Below, in pieces: positions 1 to 12,039 of a stretch of DNA of 64,000 bases (within the stretch, counting starts at the first letter, position 1; the number at the start of each line of letters is the position of its first letter). This stretch comes from Pavona decussata (lineage: Eukaryota). Under the pieces are notes generated by a model. The model searched no databases. It was not told where the DNA came from and saw only the letters and a program-made list of their open reading frames with translations. A program made the translations under genes and the position numbers. Location of the stretch: NCBI GenBank assembly GCA_977016875.1, contig CDRNST010000013.1, positions 1,612,001 through 1,676,000 on the forward strand, written 5' to 3'.

Positions 1-206
1 GTAAACTAAAATTTCAAGCACACATGATCGAGCTTATCAATCGGCGTAACACATGAACATTTTGTAAACTAAAATTTCAAGCACACATGATCAAGTGTAT
101 CAATCGGGGTAACACATGAACATTTTGCAAACTAAAATTTCAAGCACACATGATCGAGCGTATCAATCGCATAACACATGAACATTTCGTAACCTAAAAT
201 TTCAAG
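1..206. repeat. Tandem repeat, ~62-bp unit (3+ copies), subterminal array of the Mutator-like element
   Basis: Unit gtaaactaaaatttcaagcacacatgatcgagc.tatcaatcg.cgtaacacatgaacatttt repeats from position 1; an inverted partial copy lies at ~3988-4030. Confidence 0.85.
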
Positions 207-816
207 TTCGTTGATTTTAGCGTGATTCTAGCGTTCGTTGATTTTACTGTTGATTTTAGCGTGAGATTTTAGCGAGTTAGTCTGCCCAGCAAACGACTGA
301 TCCATTATGCTTGAACATGACTTTGACCGTAAACACAACATTGAATTGCAATATTTAAACCCAGGCCTACTACGTGTTTGATAGCTCGCGGGTTATCAAT
401 TGCGGGAACGCCGCTGACATGGGAACGCTAAATACAGTACTTTATTAACTAGCTTAACTTTAACTTACATAAAAAAACGTTTGTTTATGACAATATTGAT
501 AATAATGATGTTAAAAAAGTGTTCCAAAGTGAACGAGTCATTATTATTTAATTAGACAAAGCAAAACTTACCTTACCTCTCAGAAAACACGCACGTATGC
601 TATTGTTAACCTTTTAACGACAAATGATTAAATGAATGAATGAAAACAACAAATCACAGTTAAGATGAATTTAATGTGATCCTAACGAATTAATTAAACA
701 ACCCATCGTGTGTATAAGAACAGAAAAGCTACTAGAACGCTCATCCGATCATCGATCACCATACGAGAAACATCTCATAACCAAACGAATACGTTTTCAA
801 TACGCGAACAACCAGA

Positions 817-3617
817 ATGGCTTCTATAAGTGACAATTGTATCCTGTGTAAAGAACCTGTGAGAGAGAGACAACAAGGGGTTCAGTGCGATGGTTGTCTG
901 AAATGGAACCATAGAACTTGTAACACTGGTAAGTGACATCAAAACCTGTTTTTATTATAGCTGAACATCGCATTCACTTAAACAACAAAATTCCAACAAA
1001 CACAAGCCGTGAGAATGTCACATATTTTCTTTAGATAAAATCAGTCTGTGTTCTTACATTTGTTTTTTTTTTTTTCCACACAGGTATTTCTCAACCAGAA
1101 TATCGCGCTGCTGTCCGGGCGGGTAAAGATATCGTGTGGTTTTGCCAGTCCTGTCATCTAGAGCACCCCATCGCAGAGAGCACCAGGGTAACAGAGACCA
1201 CAACAGACATCCTCGAGTCTGAAGAGTTTAACCCTCCTGTGTCCCCATCAGCCGCTTACTCAGAGACATCAGCAGACATCCTTGAGTCTGAAGAATTCAA
1301 CCCTCCTGTGTCCTCATCAGCCGCCGACTCGTTCGAGTCTACAGTATATGATCTCCCAGCTCAGCCGTCCATTGAGGAGTCCACGATCGAAGAGCCCACG
1401 CCTCAACCAGTGGAGCCAGTCAATCTGCCCCGTACATTTCAAATCGTGGAGGGTGCCAGCGAGAGAGGAAAACGAAAACTGATCGACAGCTGGGGTTACA
1501 GCTACAACGTTAAGAGACAACGTGTGAACGCAACAGACTGGCAATGCACCGTTCGACCTATGGTAAGAAATTGATTAATTTTAAATACAACTAAATCTCC
1601 ATCCACACCAACCAGAATATCCACTGACTTTGACATAGGATCCAAGTAAACTTTAACTTATGCTGTTATTTCTGTAAATTCCGAAAGCGGCTTTTATGAA
1701 GGAAACAATTTAAACTATGGTTAACTAACCTCAATCAGGTTCGCTCTGACGAATAGTTATCTATTAGGTTTTATTGATTAGTTTAAGTTAGGTTGATTTA
1801 CTGATTTACTCTTACTCTTTTTCAGGGCAACCGCTGCAAGTCTACCGTAATACAGCGATCATCAAACCATTTCGAAGTGGGGAAGAACGACCACAACCAC
1901 AACCACGCCGCACCAGTCGGAGCGCTCATAGCTACTAAAATCAAGTCCCTTGTCAAACAGGAAGCCTCGAAAGACGTCTTCAAACCGGCATCAGAGGTTG
2001 TCAATGATGTTCTGCTCCACGAGTTACCAGACGCTCCTTGCCCCAGCCTACCCCGTCTCGACAGTGCCCACCGAACTGCTAACCGCGTGCGTCAACAGTT
2101 GCGGCCACAAGATCCGAAAGACTTGGAATTCGAGTTACAGACCGAGCATATTCCTGATGGCTTCTTTCGTGAAGATGTGAAGGTAAGCATTACTGGCTAA
2201 AGTAAAATAAGTATGGTTCTTTTTCATTTTCGATGCCATCGAAATTATTGATATTGCAAGGTGAAGCGAAATCTTATTGCTTAACTGTAAGTGCTCCGAA
2301 TTAAATGTAATAGCTAAACTTTCGCATATAAACAAAAAGAAAGGCCCTTTAAGAGCACGTTCTAATTTTGACTCCAATTCTAAATGCGAGACCTTTGTTA
2401 GTGCTTAATAGGCCTTAACATGGTTTTCGACGACATTTTTTCCCTAAAATCCTTTTCCTAGTGCCAAAAATTTCCAATTCATGATGTTTCCTGTTATCCT
2501 TTCGTTTCAGATATGTGGACGCCGTCATTTAATCTTCGCATCCGACAGGCAGTTGGAAGTCCTCGCCAAATCGAAAACATGGTACCTGGATGCCATCTTT
2601 AAACTGTGCCGCCACCCCTTCTCGCAGCTGCTGACGGTAAACGCATTCGTAAAAAACGATGACCATGTAAAGCAAGTTCCCCTCGTGTTCGTCATCATGT
2701 CTGGGAGGAAGAAACGTGATTACAAAGTGGTCCTCCAAGCAGTCTTGTCGATCCTGCCGAACCAAACGAGAGTGAAAAAAGTGACCCTGGACTTCGAAAA
2801 GGCCATGTGGGGTGCGATCCGTCAAGTGCTCCCTAATGCTGAGCTGATGGGGTGTTCCTTCCATTGGACACAAGCCCTATGGAGGAAGGTTAGTATGATC
2901 GATTAAGTTAATTGTTAAGGAAACTTTGGCGTTGGGGCTTATTACAAATTGTTTGAAATCCGATTTGGGAAATATCACAGTAAAAGACCAATTTGACATT
3001 TAACCAAGGACTTTGATTTGAGATTGCAAATCTATATAATGAGCAAAAACCAAACTGCAATTATAAATTAAGCATTATCTAACATAATGTTTCCATTTCT
3101 TCTAGGTACAAGATCTTGGCCTTCAGGAAGCGTACAGTCAAGACCGTGGAACACACGACTTTGTGAGAAAATTGATGGCTTTGCCGTTCCTGCCCGCTGA
3201 CAAGATTGAGAAACGTTTCTATCGGCTTCAACGACGAGCGACGCATTACAAAAATTTACCCGGTACATCGAAGACAACTGGATTACCAGTCAGACCTTCC
3301 CCCCAGCATCCTGGAGTGTGTTCATGCAGGCAGTGAGGACCAACAACGACCTAGAAGGATAGCACAACGGCTTAAACAGACGCGCCAAAGGTAGATCTCA
3401 ACTGCCCCTGTACGTGCTTATCCAACTACTCCAGAAGGAAGCGTCACTAGTGTCTCTTCAAATCCGACTCGTGTCAGACAGGAGGCTTCAGAGACACCAG
3501 CGAACAACTTACCGAAACATGCAGAAGAAGCTGTTTGGTCTATGGAATGACTTCGAGGAAGGCCGCAAGAACTCCAAACAGCTGCTGGATGCCTGCTCCC
3601 ACTTAGTGATGCAGTGA
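817..3617 (+). pseudogene. Spliced PHD + FLYWCH + MULE transposase; exons 817-928, 1084-1562, 1826-2182, 2511-2888, 3106-3617; frameshift ~3243 and premature stop ~3360
   Basis: GT-AG junctions keep frame. PHD: CILC...VQCDGCLKWNHRTC...WFCQSC. FLYWCH: GYSY...WQC...C...HNH. MULE: WYLDAIFK, TLDFEKAM, GCSFHWTQA, RTNNDLEG*HN. Confidence 0.9.
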
Positions 3618-4896
3618 TGACACACAACAAACCAACGGTTCTTTTAGGAACCAAAAAAAAAAAAAAACCGGCTCCTTTAGGAGCCACCAACCCTACAAAA
3701 GTCAATGACCAACACATCTACTATTACATAAAAAATTCCTACCGCACAGTAATTTACTGGATTTCGGCGTCAAAAAGGGAAAGTCATTGTTTACATCATA
3801 ATATGCTTAGCGACCTGGCAAATTCTTGAACGCGCTTAAAACAAGATGGCAGTTAGTTTTACATATTTGTGTTTGTTTTGGATCTCGTTCTATCGCAGAG
3901 TGCTTCTAATTATAAAACAAAAACGGTAAGACCTGTTTCATTGCAGGTGATTTAAATTTTTGAGCTCGATTTTTGGGTTAAAAAATGTCCACGTTCATGT
4001 GTTACGCGAACGATGCGATCGATACGCTTTGGTCTCTTCTGCTCTTACACCAGAGCATTCTTCTTTCACGAAATTATTACTTTCTCAGCTCAAAAAAATA
4101 TAAGTTTTCATTGGGGGCTAATCGTCTACATATTCATTATTGGGGGCTAGTTGTCTATATATCAGGGGGCGAGTAGTCTGGGGCTAGTTGTCTGGGGGGC
4201 GAGTTGTCTGACAAGAGCCCACGTCAGTGCAAGGGCACCTCAATAGTTATCAAAAGAATCATTTGGATTCGATGTTGACCTTCCTTATGCAAACAAAGAA
4301 AAACAAGGTAAACAATATTTTTTTTGTTGAACTTACTTTATTTATGCATGGATCCTAGAAAGACTGGATAGGACACTTCTTGTCACGTAGGGCATTTTAG
4401 CTATAGCGATTGGCTAATACTGTATTTCAAAATGGCGGCGCTGGTTCAATCACAGTGGAAATTTATGACGTGAAGAATGGCGAATGATAGCGCAAGCTAT
4501 GGGTTTGTTTTCCTTTTTTTTTGCTTTTTGTCCGTGTATATATGTTTTTCTGAGTTTTTTATAATTTTTCTCGTTTCTCTTTTGTTTTATGTCGATGTCA
4601 ACCTGGCTAAACCACACGTGAGATTTCGAGGTAAGCACATGTCGATGTTCCTTTGTAACATTTTCTCTTGTTTTTAAGAAAATCGCGGCCCAAAAAAGTG
4701 TCTTTTTGAAGCTAAATTTTGCATATATGCTGCTTGTTTTGGGACGCATTTATTTCTCATTTTGTTGTCAAGGAGGGCTAAAATTCCACTTTTACTGTAT
4801 CGTTTAAGGATCAAATTGTGGCTTGAGCACAGTAACCCGAGTAAAATATTTCAGTTTGAAACTTTAAATTCAAAGCGAACATGCTTAAATACGGCT

Positions 4897-5021
4897 TAAC
4901 TAGGGAATACCCCGCCACTCCAAAACTAATCATCACACATCACTGTATGACTATACCTCGTTCTTTGTGTGAGATCCCCGGGGACTACACAATAATGGAG
5001 TGGCGGGGTATTCCCTAGTTA
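4897..5021. mobile_element. MITE, 125 bp
   Basis: Perfect 26-bp inverted repeat taactagggaataccccgccactcca (4897-4922 / 4996-5021). Confidence 0.85.
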
Positions 5022-5235
5022 CTCCGCGGGACGTATTCATCAATTTTATTTACTTGGCTCTTGAAATCAGTTTTTAATTAAGTATAAGTATAAAATCGTT
5101 TGGCATCAAATGGTGATATGGAGCATAGTGACACGAGTGAAATATGTAAATTAGACATAATGAAATGCAGCTCATTAAGTTCCTGACAGGAACAGCGATA
5201 AAATGTTGTGTTTAATTTTAATCTCTTAGGCTGAG

Positions 5236-8127
5236 ATGGGTAAGTGCAGACTTGGAAGGGTTAGAAAGTACTCGCACAGAAAATACCATCCATCCCACTC
5301 TCCACAAGAGCAAGAAATTTCAACAGTACCTCCCTGTGGTCTCCCCTATGCGTATCAGTTTTCCCTCCGTAATGTCCCATCGGCCATCCTACATCAGCCG
5401 TCAATCAACAACTTCTCTCATGTCTTCAAGATTCTATCAGGTGATAATGTCCTTCAAAACAACTGGAACCAAATCAAACATTCAGAACTATTCCTTATGC
5501 TATGCACCTTTACTTCCAACACTACTGCTCCAGAGAAAACTGTGATTGTGAACATTGATTTTACATGGAGAGTTATAGCATCCAACATCAATGTGAATGA
5601 GTCTATGGCAGACATACCAGAAGAATTGACAACTTTAGAAAGTTTTCTACACTTGCTGGACTTTGTGGATAGAAGCACAGTTTGCCCTGGCATTTGTGAT
5701 GCAAGGTTGAGAGCACTTGCAATTTCTGGTGGAAGAAATGGTTTATTTACAGATCAACGAGGCAATACCAAGGCCAGGTTATTAAATGACTCCATCAAAC
5801 CAGTTAACTGTAGTGGTTTGTGGCATTCCAATATTATCTGCGAACACTGCAAGTTGTATAAGAAAACTCTGTTGACAATGCTTTCAAATCAAAAGTCAAG
5901 GTCACCATCAGACAAAACAAGTGCCAGTAGTCATTGTAAGTGGGGGTACTTAAGTGAAAAGGAAAAGGAGGAAAGGATAAAAAACTGCACAAAGCAGAGG
6001 AAAATTTCTTCAAAGAAAATCCACATGTTAGAAGAAAGATTTAAAAAGGTAAGTACAAGAAAATATTGTAAGATTGGATTCAACTAAATGTCTAACCTCA
6101 GATATTACTGCCAGTCATTTTTTTAAGTGGCATGTATTCCAGTGCCTGGCATGACAAAATATGCCAGACACCCATAATGGGTTTCTGATGTAAATGTTTC
6201 TTTTCATTTTACTTCAGTTTACTCCACTCATTTGTAAAAATAATGTTTTCTTACCGGATGATCTTCATGTTTAGATTACAGGTTTCTAATCAGAATCTGA
6301 GATTTTCAAGCTCACAAGCTTTCATTTGATAGCCATCATGTGAGCTTAAATTCTCAGATATTTGTGATTAGAGACCTTTTATCTAAGTATGATTTCAACA
6401 GAATCAGGAATAAACATTTTCACTCATGTTTCCTAATAACATATTTTCATCATTTTTGTAGGATTTGATCACGTTATCGGATGAAGATAGCGATGTTGTT
6501 GGTACACTGTTCAGTGAATTAGAGTCAAGCCATAATTCTGACAAACCTGAAGACTTCAAATCTGTTTATTAAGCAACAGCAGAAGGCGTTATGTTGTCAA
6601 GACAAACATGCTTGAAGATGGCATCCATTAATCATCAGATGGTGTTTTGAACTTCATTCCAAGTCACCAAATGCATATAAGTTTCTTAAGGATAGTGGGG
6701 TTTTAATTCTGCCTGACCAAAGAACTTTAAGGGACTACAGTAATTGTTTTAAGATTGATTCAGGTTTAGATCCAGATTTTTTAGATTTGGTGAAAAAAGA
6801 TTTTAGTACACGATCTGATCCCAAAGATTATGATGTCTGGGTGGGAATTATCCATGACGAAGTTTCTCTCAGAAAAGACCTAGTTTTTGACGATTCGGGA
6901 AAGTTGATTGGTTTTGTCAATTTAGGATCAGTACAAAACAACATTGATGACCTAGAGCAAAGTTTGTCCTCTCAAGAAATGTCCTCCATTACTCCAGAGG
7001 AAGCCACCCATATGTTTGTTTTCATGGTTGTTAGTTTATTTTCAGGTTGGAAGATGCCAGTGGCTTTTTTCCCCACTACTACGATAAAGTCATTTGCCTT
7101 GTTTAATTTGTTTTGGAAGTGTGTAGAAGATCTAGAGCAAAGAGACTTTAAAGTATTAACTAGCACATGTGATGGTGCATCCCCCCATCGATTGTTTTAC
7201 AAATTCCATTGCCCCCCAGATGCACCAAGAGGTACAGTAATTTATAAGACTAAGAATCATTTTGCTATGGAGGATCGACCATTGTATTTTATATGTGATC
7301 CAGTTCATCTTTTGAAAACTACAAGAAACAACTGGGAAAATAGCTGTTGGAGAAACAAGACAAAGAAATTGAGAAATAATAACATGTGGATAACATGGCT
7401 GCAATTAATTGATGCATTTGAAAATGATGTTAATGCATCAAATGCATCAGGCTTAAGGTTACTTCATAAGTTAACATCTGACCATCTTTTTCTTAACCCT
7501 TATTTAAGGATGAGGGTGTACTTAGCTGCTCAAGTATTCAGCAACAGGGTTGCTCTTGCCCTTTCAGTGCAAGGTAAGGCGGGTACAGAGGAGACTGAAA
7601 AATTTGTCAAGAATATGAATGACTTTTTTGATTGCTTAAATGCTAATAGAATCTATACTCAATTTGAGTTTAAGAGTGTGTATCGCTCACCTTCAGATAG
7701 AAGACTTGAATGGCTGCAAAATGATTTTTTAAAGTATTTTCAAGACTGGAAAGAGTGGGCGATGAGTCAGGTAGATGTTCCATTGGTGGAACGTAAGCAA
7801 TATTTTATTAGTGATCAGACATGGGAGGGTTTGCAAATTTGCGTTAATTCTTTTGTAGAAGTTGTAAAGTTTTCTCTTAATATTCCAGGAGTGAGTTATG
7901 TTGTGGCAACAAAATTTAATCAGGATTCCCTTGAGAAATGTTTTGGGAAGGTACGACAAAAGAGGGGGGCATATGGTGCATTTACCTGCAAGGAATTTAA
8001 CCAGAGTTACAGTTGTTCAGTTTTCAGTGAGTCCCATGCAATCAAGACTGTTCGTCGTATTAAATGAAGTGGAGGTGCTTTAGAAAGTTTAGATGTAAAT
8101 TTACCTCTAGCAAAGTGCACAAGATAG
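5236..8127 (+). pseudogene. P-element/THAP9-family transposase; exons 5236-6048 and 6462-8127; frameshift ~6570, stops at 6613 and 8065
   Basis: Motifs RWHPLIIRWC, LPDQRTLRDY, IIHDEVSLRKDL, TCDGAS, DPVHLLKTTRNN, RMRVYLAAQVFS, NQDSLEKCFGKVRQ; intron 6049-6461 is GT-AG. Confidence 0.9.
6263..6394. repeat. Imperfect palindrome (MITE-like) in the transposase intron
   Basis: ...gtttctaatcagaatctgagattttcaagctcaca versus tgtgagcttaaattctcagatatttgtgattagagac. Confidence 0.6.
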
Positions 8128-8154
8128 ATAGTCTAATCTTTAGCCTATAGTGTA

Positions 8155-8443
8155 GCAGGGGTAGATCCAGATCCAGATGGCACCCTTACAACTATATGGA
8201 TGTGATGTTTCTAATTTAAAAGACTCACAGGGCAAACAGGCAAAAGGTGTTTGACTTGATACAGATGAAACAGATTTTACTTAAAATTTGAGAAGCAAAG
8301 TGCAATATTTACAATGATCAATTAAACAGTTTTTATAATTATATTTTTATACATGTATGCCATCCATTCACTTTCAAATGATGAATCATAAAAATATCCC
8401 ACCAGGGATGATATTGAGGTCCAGTCCCCTTGGATCTGCTACT
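8155..8443. mobile_element. Degenerate MITE
   Basis: Ends cagggggtagatcca / tggatctgctactg, flanked by tgtag on both sides. Confidence 0.5.
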
Positions 8444-8722
8444 GTGTAGATAAACAAGTATTCATTAATATTGTATCTGCCAGCAGTACAGTGGACCCTG
8501 CCATATGATACCTATACATTAATTGGGAGTTCCACAGTACATGTAATTTGTATTAAAACAAATCAACAACTACTAAAGTTCAATAAAAGTTGTTTATTGT
8601 CATCAAAAATATGTTTCTTGTTATTGCAAAAATTCCTCATTCTTGTTATAAATATCAGCAACCAAGCTTGAGAAAACTGTTACATTCCTAAGTTTACATG
8701 CCTTCATAGAAAGTAACCATTC

Positions 8723-8861
8723 AATAGCCCTTTTCGATATATTGAAAATATTCAGCTTGGTAGCAAGGCCTTGAGGACAAAAACAAAGGAAACTGAATAA
8801 ACATGTATATTCATTTGTATTGTTTGTATCCTCAAGGCCTCGCTATCAAAAAAGGGCTATT
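8723..8861. mobile_element. Palindromic MITE
   Basis: aatagcccttt...tagcaaggccttgagga versus tcctcaaggcctcgcta...aaagggctatt. Confidence 0.6.
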
Positions 8862-9883
8862 AGAATTCTAGGTGTGACCTTCCGTGAAACTAACATAAAT
8901 TCTCTTTTGATATTATGGTTATTTCTTGAAAATTATCCTTTATTTTTTGAGGTTTGAACTAGGTGTGCAACAAGATCACCTTAAAAACCACCATAAAAAA
9001 ATACAATAAAATTGAACGACAATAATAATATTATTGATATTATCAAAATATTAAATATTGGTCAAAACGTATAATCACCAAAATATCTTAAGAGTAACCC
9101 ATATTTAATATATTGCTTCAATTTAGCAGCCACAATAATGCATATCTTGTCTCGTTATTGGTTGTCTATCACTATGGGCACTGTCTTACTGGGAGTTGAA
9201 ATGTCATACTCGCAGAAGACAATGCAGTAGATGAAGATCGGATTCCGAACAAGAAGAAGAAGACAGCGACAATGACGACAAAAGTGGATTGAAATGTCCA
9301 AAAATATACGCAAAAACATACTCATGTACTGAACTGACATGAGTGACTCAGCCTGGCCTGAATTGGAACCATGTAAACACTATCTGTCTTCTCATTGGCT
9401 AAGATCCTACAGTTAATTCTGGAAATCTACTCACCCTACAGATTATTCAGTTATCTGCTAGCAGATTACTAAATTATCTGTAGGGTGTATGCGCAATGCA
9501 TGATTTCCAAGAGCATGAATTTTCTATTCTTGCCGGGAAATAAACTGTGTTCTGTATTTCTTTTATAAAACAATGTACCGTATATTAAATCAATTATTAG
9601 ATTCGGTTTTTGTGCTCTCTGGAATAACTTCAAAAGGGGATTGGAGTCATTTTACGAGGTTGATTGATACATCGGAGGAACTTTGGGATATATTTACAGA
9701 AATAGAAACACATGTAGACAAATGAGTTAGGGATTTTTTTTTTTTTTTGCTTTTTCTGAAAAATTGGGACGGGTCTGGCGATGGGAAACAAAACATTCTT
9801 ATGGGGATGGCCATACCAGTAATTACATGTTCACATAAAAGACAGCATCAGAAATGCTATGTTGTCCACAGTTTAAATATTAT

Positions 9884-12039
9884 TTAAACTGTGGACATCA
9901 GAGCTTTTCTGATGCTGTCTTTTCCGTGCAAATTACTGCCAGATGCTGAGCTGGTTTTCAACAGTGCCATCTTCTCTTTCACTTTCCTTTGCTCCTCGTA
10001 GGTCTTCAGGTACGCCCACTTCCTCACACGATAATATAAATTAACAAAAAGTTTAAGAAGTAGATTACTATCTGCAGCAGGGAGAGATGAAGAATAAGGC
10101 CAGGTTTGTAACAATAGGGATGAGTTGGATACAAGTTGATCTAATAGTTCATTGTCAGACTTTCTAGTGATGGAACGGAAACTTGCCAGATTTAGAAAAG
10201 GACGAATTGAAACTTCAAGATAACAAAAAAAATTAAAAGTTGCATGGTCAACTTGTGAAAGGCCACCTCTGGTTAAAGACAATGTTATCAAGTTAGGGAA
10301 AGTCATGGCCGGTGGTTGCTTTCCAACACTTGGAATCATCGTCGTTAATATTTTTTGCATTGCTGCAGACCTGCAACAAGGACAAAGAATTCGACCTCAA
10401 AAACAATTAATTTCTTTTTTGTACGCCTACATAAGCAAATGTTAAAAAATTAATTACTTTTAAATTATGAACAAAAAACGTCCACATAATCAAAGAGCGT
10501 ATAACTATTATTGATCGAATAACTCCTGCCCATCCGCGGGGGGGACTCCCTATAAAAGGGGCGGGGATGCTTGTTGGAAATACCCCTAAAGGAGACCAAT
10601 CTGGGTGTGGCCCAAGCTTCTTTTGACCCCTAATAGAGACAATTTTAAAACATAGACAAATACAATTCACAATATTTCTTCGTGTGCAACCCTAAATGTG
10701 ACCTTGACGGAAAAATATAATGGCGTTTTGCCCAGAACACCCTAAGTGAAACCAAAATCCGAAATTTACACCCCTAAACGAGATGACGAGCATCCCTGCC
10801 CCTTTCATATGGGATTCCCCCCCCCCCCCCACTTCCCGGGAACTCCTACTTAAAATGATAACTAATTTGTAATATTTCCAGAACTGGAGGCTTTCATTAT
10901 GTCTGCATCGAATTCCAAATTTGCTACATCAAAATAAACAACATTAAAACGACCATAGGAAAGAGATAGAGAGATCAACTGAGAATACAATAAACATAAA
11001 AAGATTTTGTTATAACAGGAAAAAGGTGAAATGTTTCTTGATGAAGACCACTCTGAAGGAAGTTATAAAATTATGTAAAATATTATCAATTATGTCTATG
11101 AAGGTGTGACAAGCATAACTTGGATACAAATACAAATTAATAATTTTTTTGTGATCAATGCATTTGGGTGTCAAACATTACTGCATACCTTGCATTACAG
11201 CATCGCTGTAAACGGTCCCTCGTTTTCCTGCAGACATACCCAGCGATATAGGCAACAATGTCTTTCTCAACAGATGGAGGGATGGTTTGTTCACTGTTTC
11301 TCCGACAAAATCTTCTCTTATCTTCATTGCGGTCATTACAGATTGAGATCGATGAAGCGAGATGTCTCCGAAGATGGTAGTGATGGTCATCTGGAGTAGC
11401 AGTGCATCTGAAGAGTTGAACCCAGCAGCACTACAAAGCTCAGCCCATTTGATAGATAGCTCTTGTTGTTGGCGAAATGCATTCATATGCTGGGCGACAT
11501 ACTGTTGTCCGTCTCCTTGATGAACTCGCAAGATTATCTCTCGCGAAAGTTAATGTCCACACTTCTTTAGCTACATATTCAAAATAGGTCTTGGCTGCTG
11601 TTGCTTCACTTTTCTCTAGTTCAACGACAAGAACATCAGCCTGAGCTTTACTGGCAGCGAATCTGGATCCTCTCAACTTGACAGTGTCGCTTGACGTGGA
11701 AGTGATGACCCGAAGGGACTTCAAAATTGATGGCACGCACTCGCAGATAAAATACTCCTCGAAACCGAGTTTCGTGAGAGTCTCTCTGGTTTTCCTTTGA
11801 TGGTCTGACAATGTCACTTTCTTTTTCGATTTTACGCTGGCACCGTGACCGTTGCAGCTTTCTATATGCTTGTTTAACCAGCCTTTAGTGTGGTATTTTT
11901 TTGCGCATTTTGGACATTTCAATCCACTTTTGTCGTCATCGTCGCTGTCTTCTTCTTCTTGTTCGGAATCCGTGTCTTCGTTGTCTTCTGCGAGTATGAA
12001 GTTTTCATCCCAATCTTCAAACAAGTCATCTACTTCCAT
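9884..12039 (-). pseudogene. Second P-element gene: acidic N-terminus, C2H2 finger, and a P-transposase C-terminal-like (YIAGY...RGGL) domain; exons 12039-11189 and 10370-9884; two frameshifts (~11520, ~11280)
   Basis: CPKCAKKYHTKGWLNKHIESC. An alternate frame gives EKDIVAYIAGYVCRK (YIAGY 11236-11250), which splices in phase (intron 11188-10371, GT-AG) to ...LTRGGLSQVDHATFNFFCYLE. Confidence 0.8.
10534..10841. mobile_element. MITE with GC-rich TIRs in the intron of the second P gene; related copy at ~57641-57997
   Basis: ccgcggggggactccctataaaaggggcggggatgct versus agcatccctgcccctttcatatgggattcccc...cccggg. Confidence 0.7.

Larger units (their letters stand above)
1..4213 (+). mobile_element. 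Mutator (MULE/Phantom-like) DNA transposon; left end lies upstream of the window
   Basis: Contains a FLYWCH+MULE transposase; ends in tandem gggg(c)(t/g)agttgtct repeats at ~4115-4213; inverted subterminal similarity between 1-206 and ~3988-4030. Confidence 0.75.

Noticed and set aside
1-206. CRISPR-like array
   Set aside because: Units are contiguous with no unique spacers; eukaryotic context; no cas genes
4477-4677. Small membrane-protein ORF
   Set aside because: T-rich compositional artefact; splicing to the transposase exon gives an immediate stop
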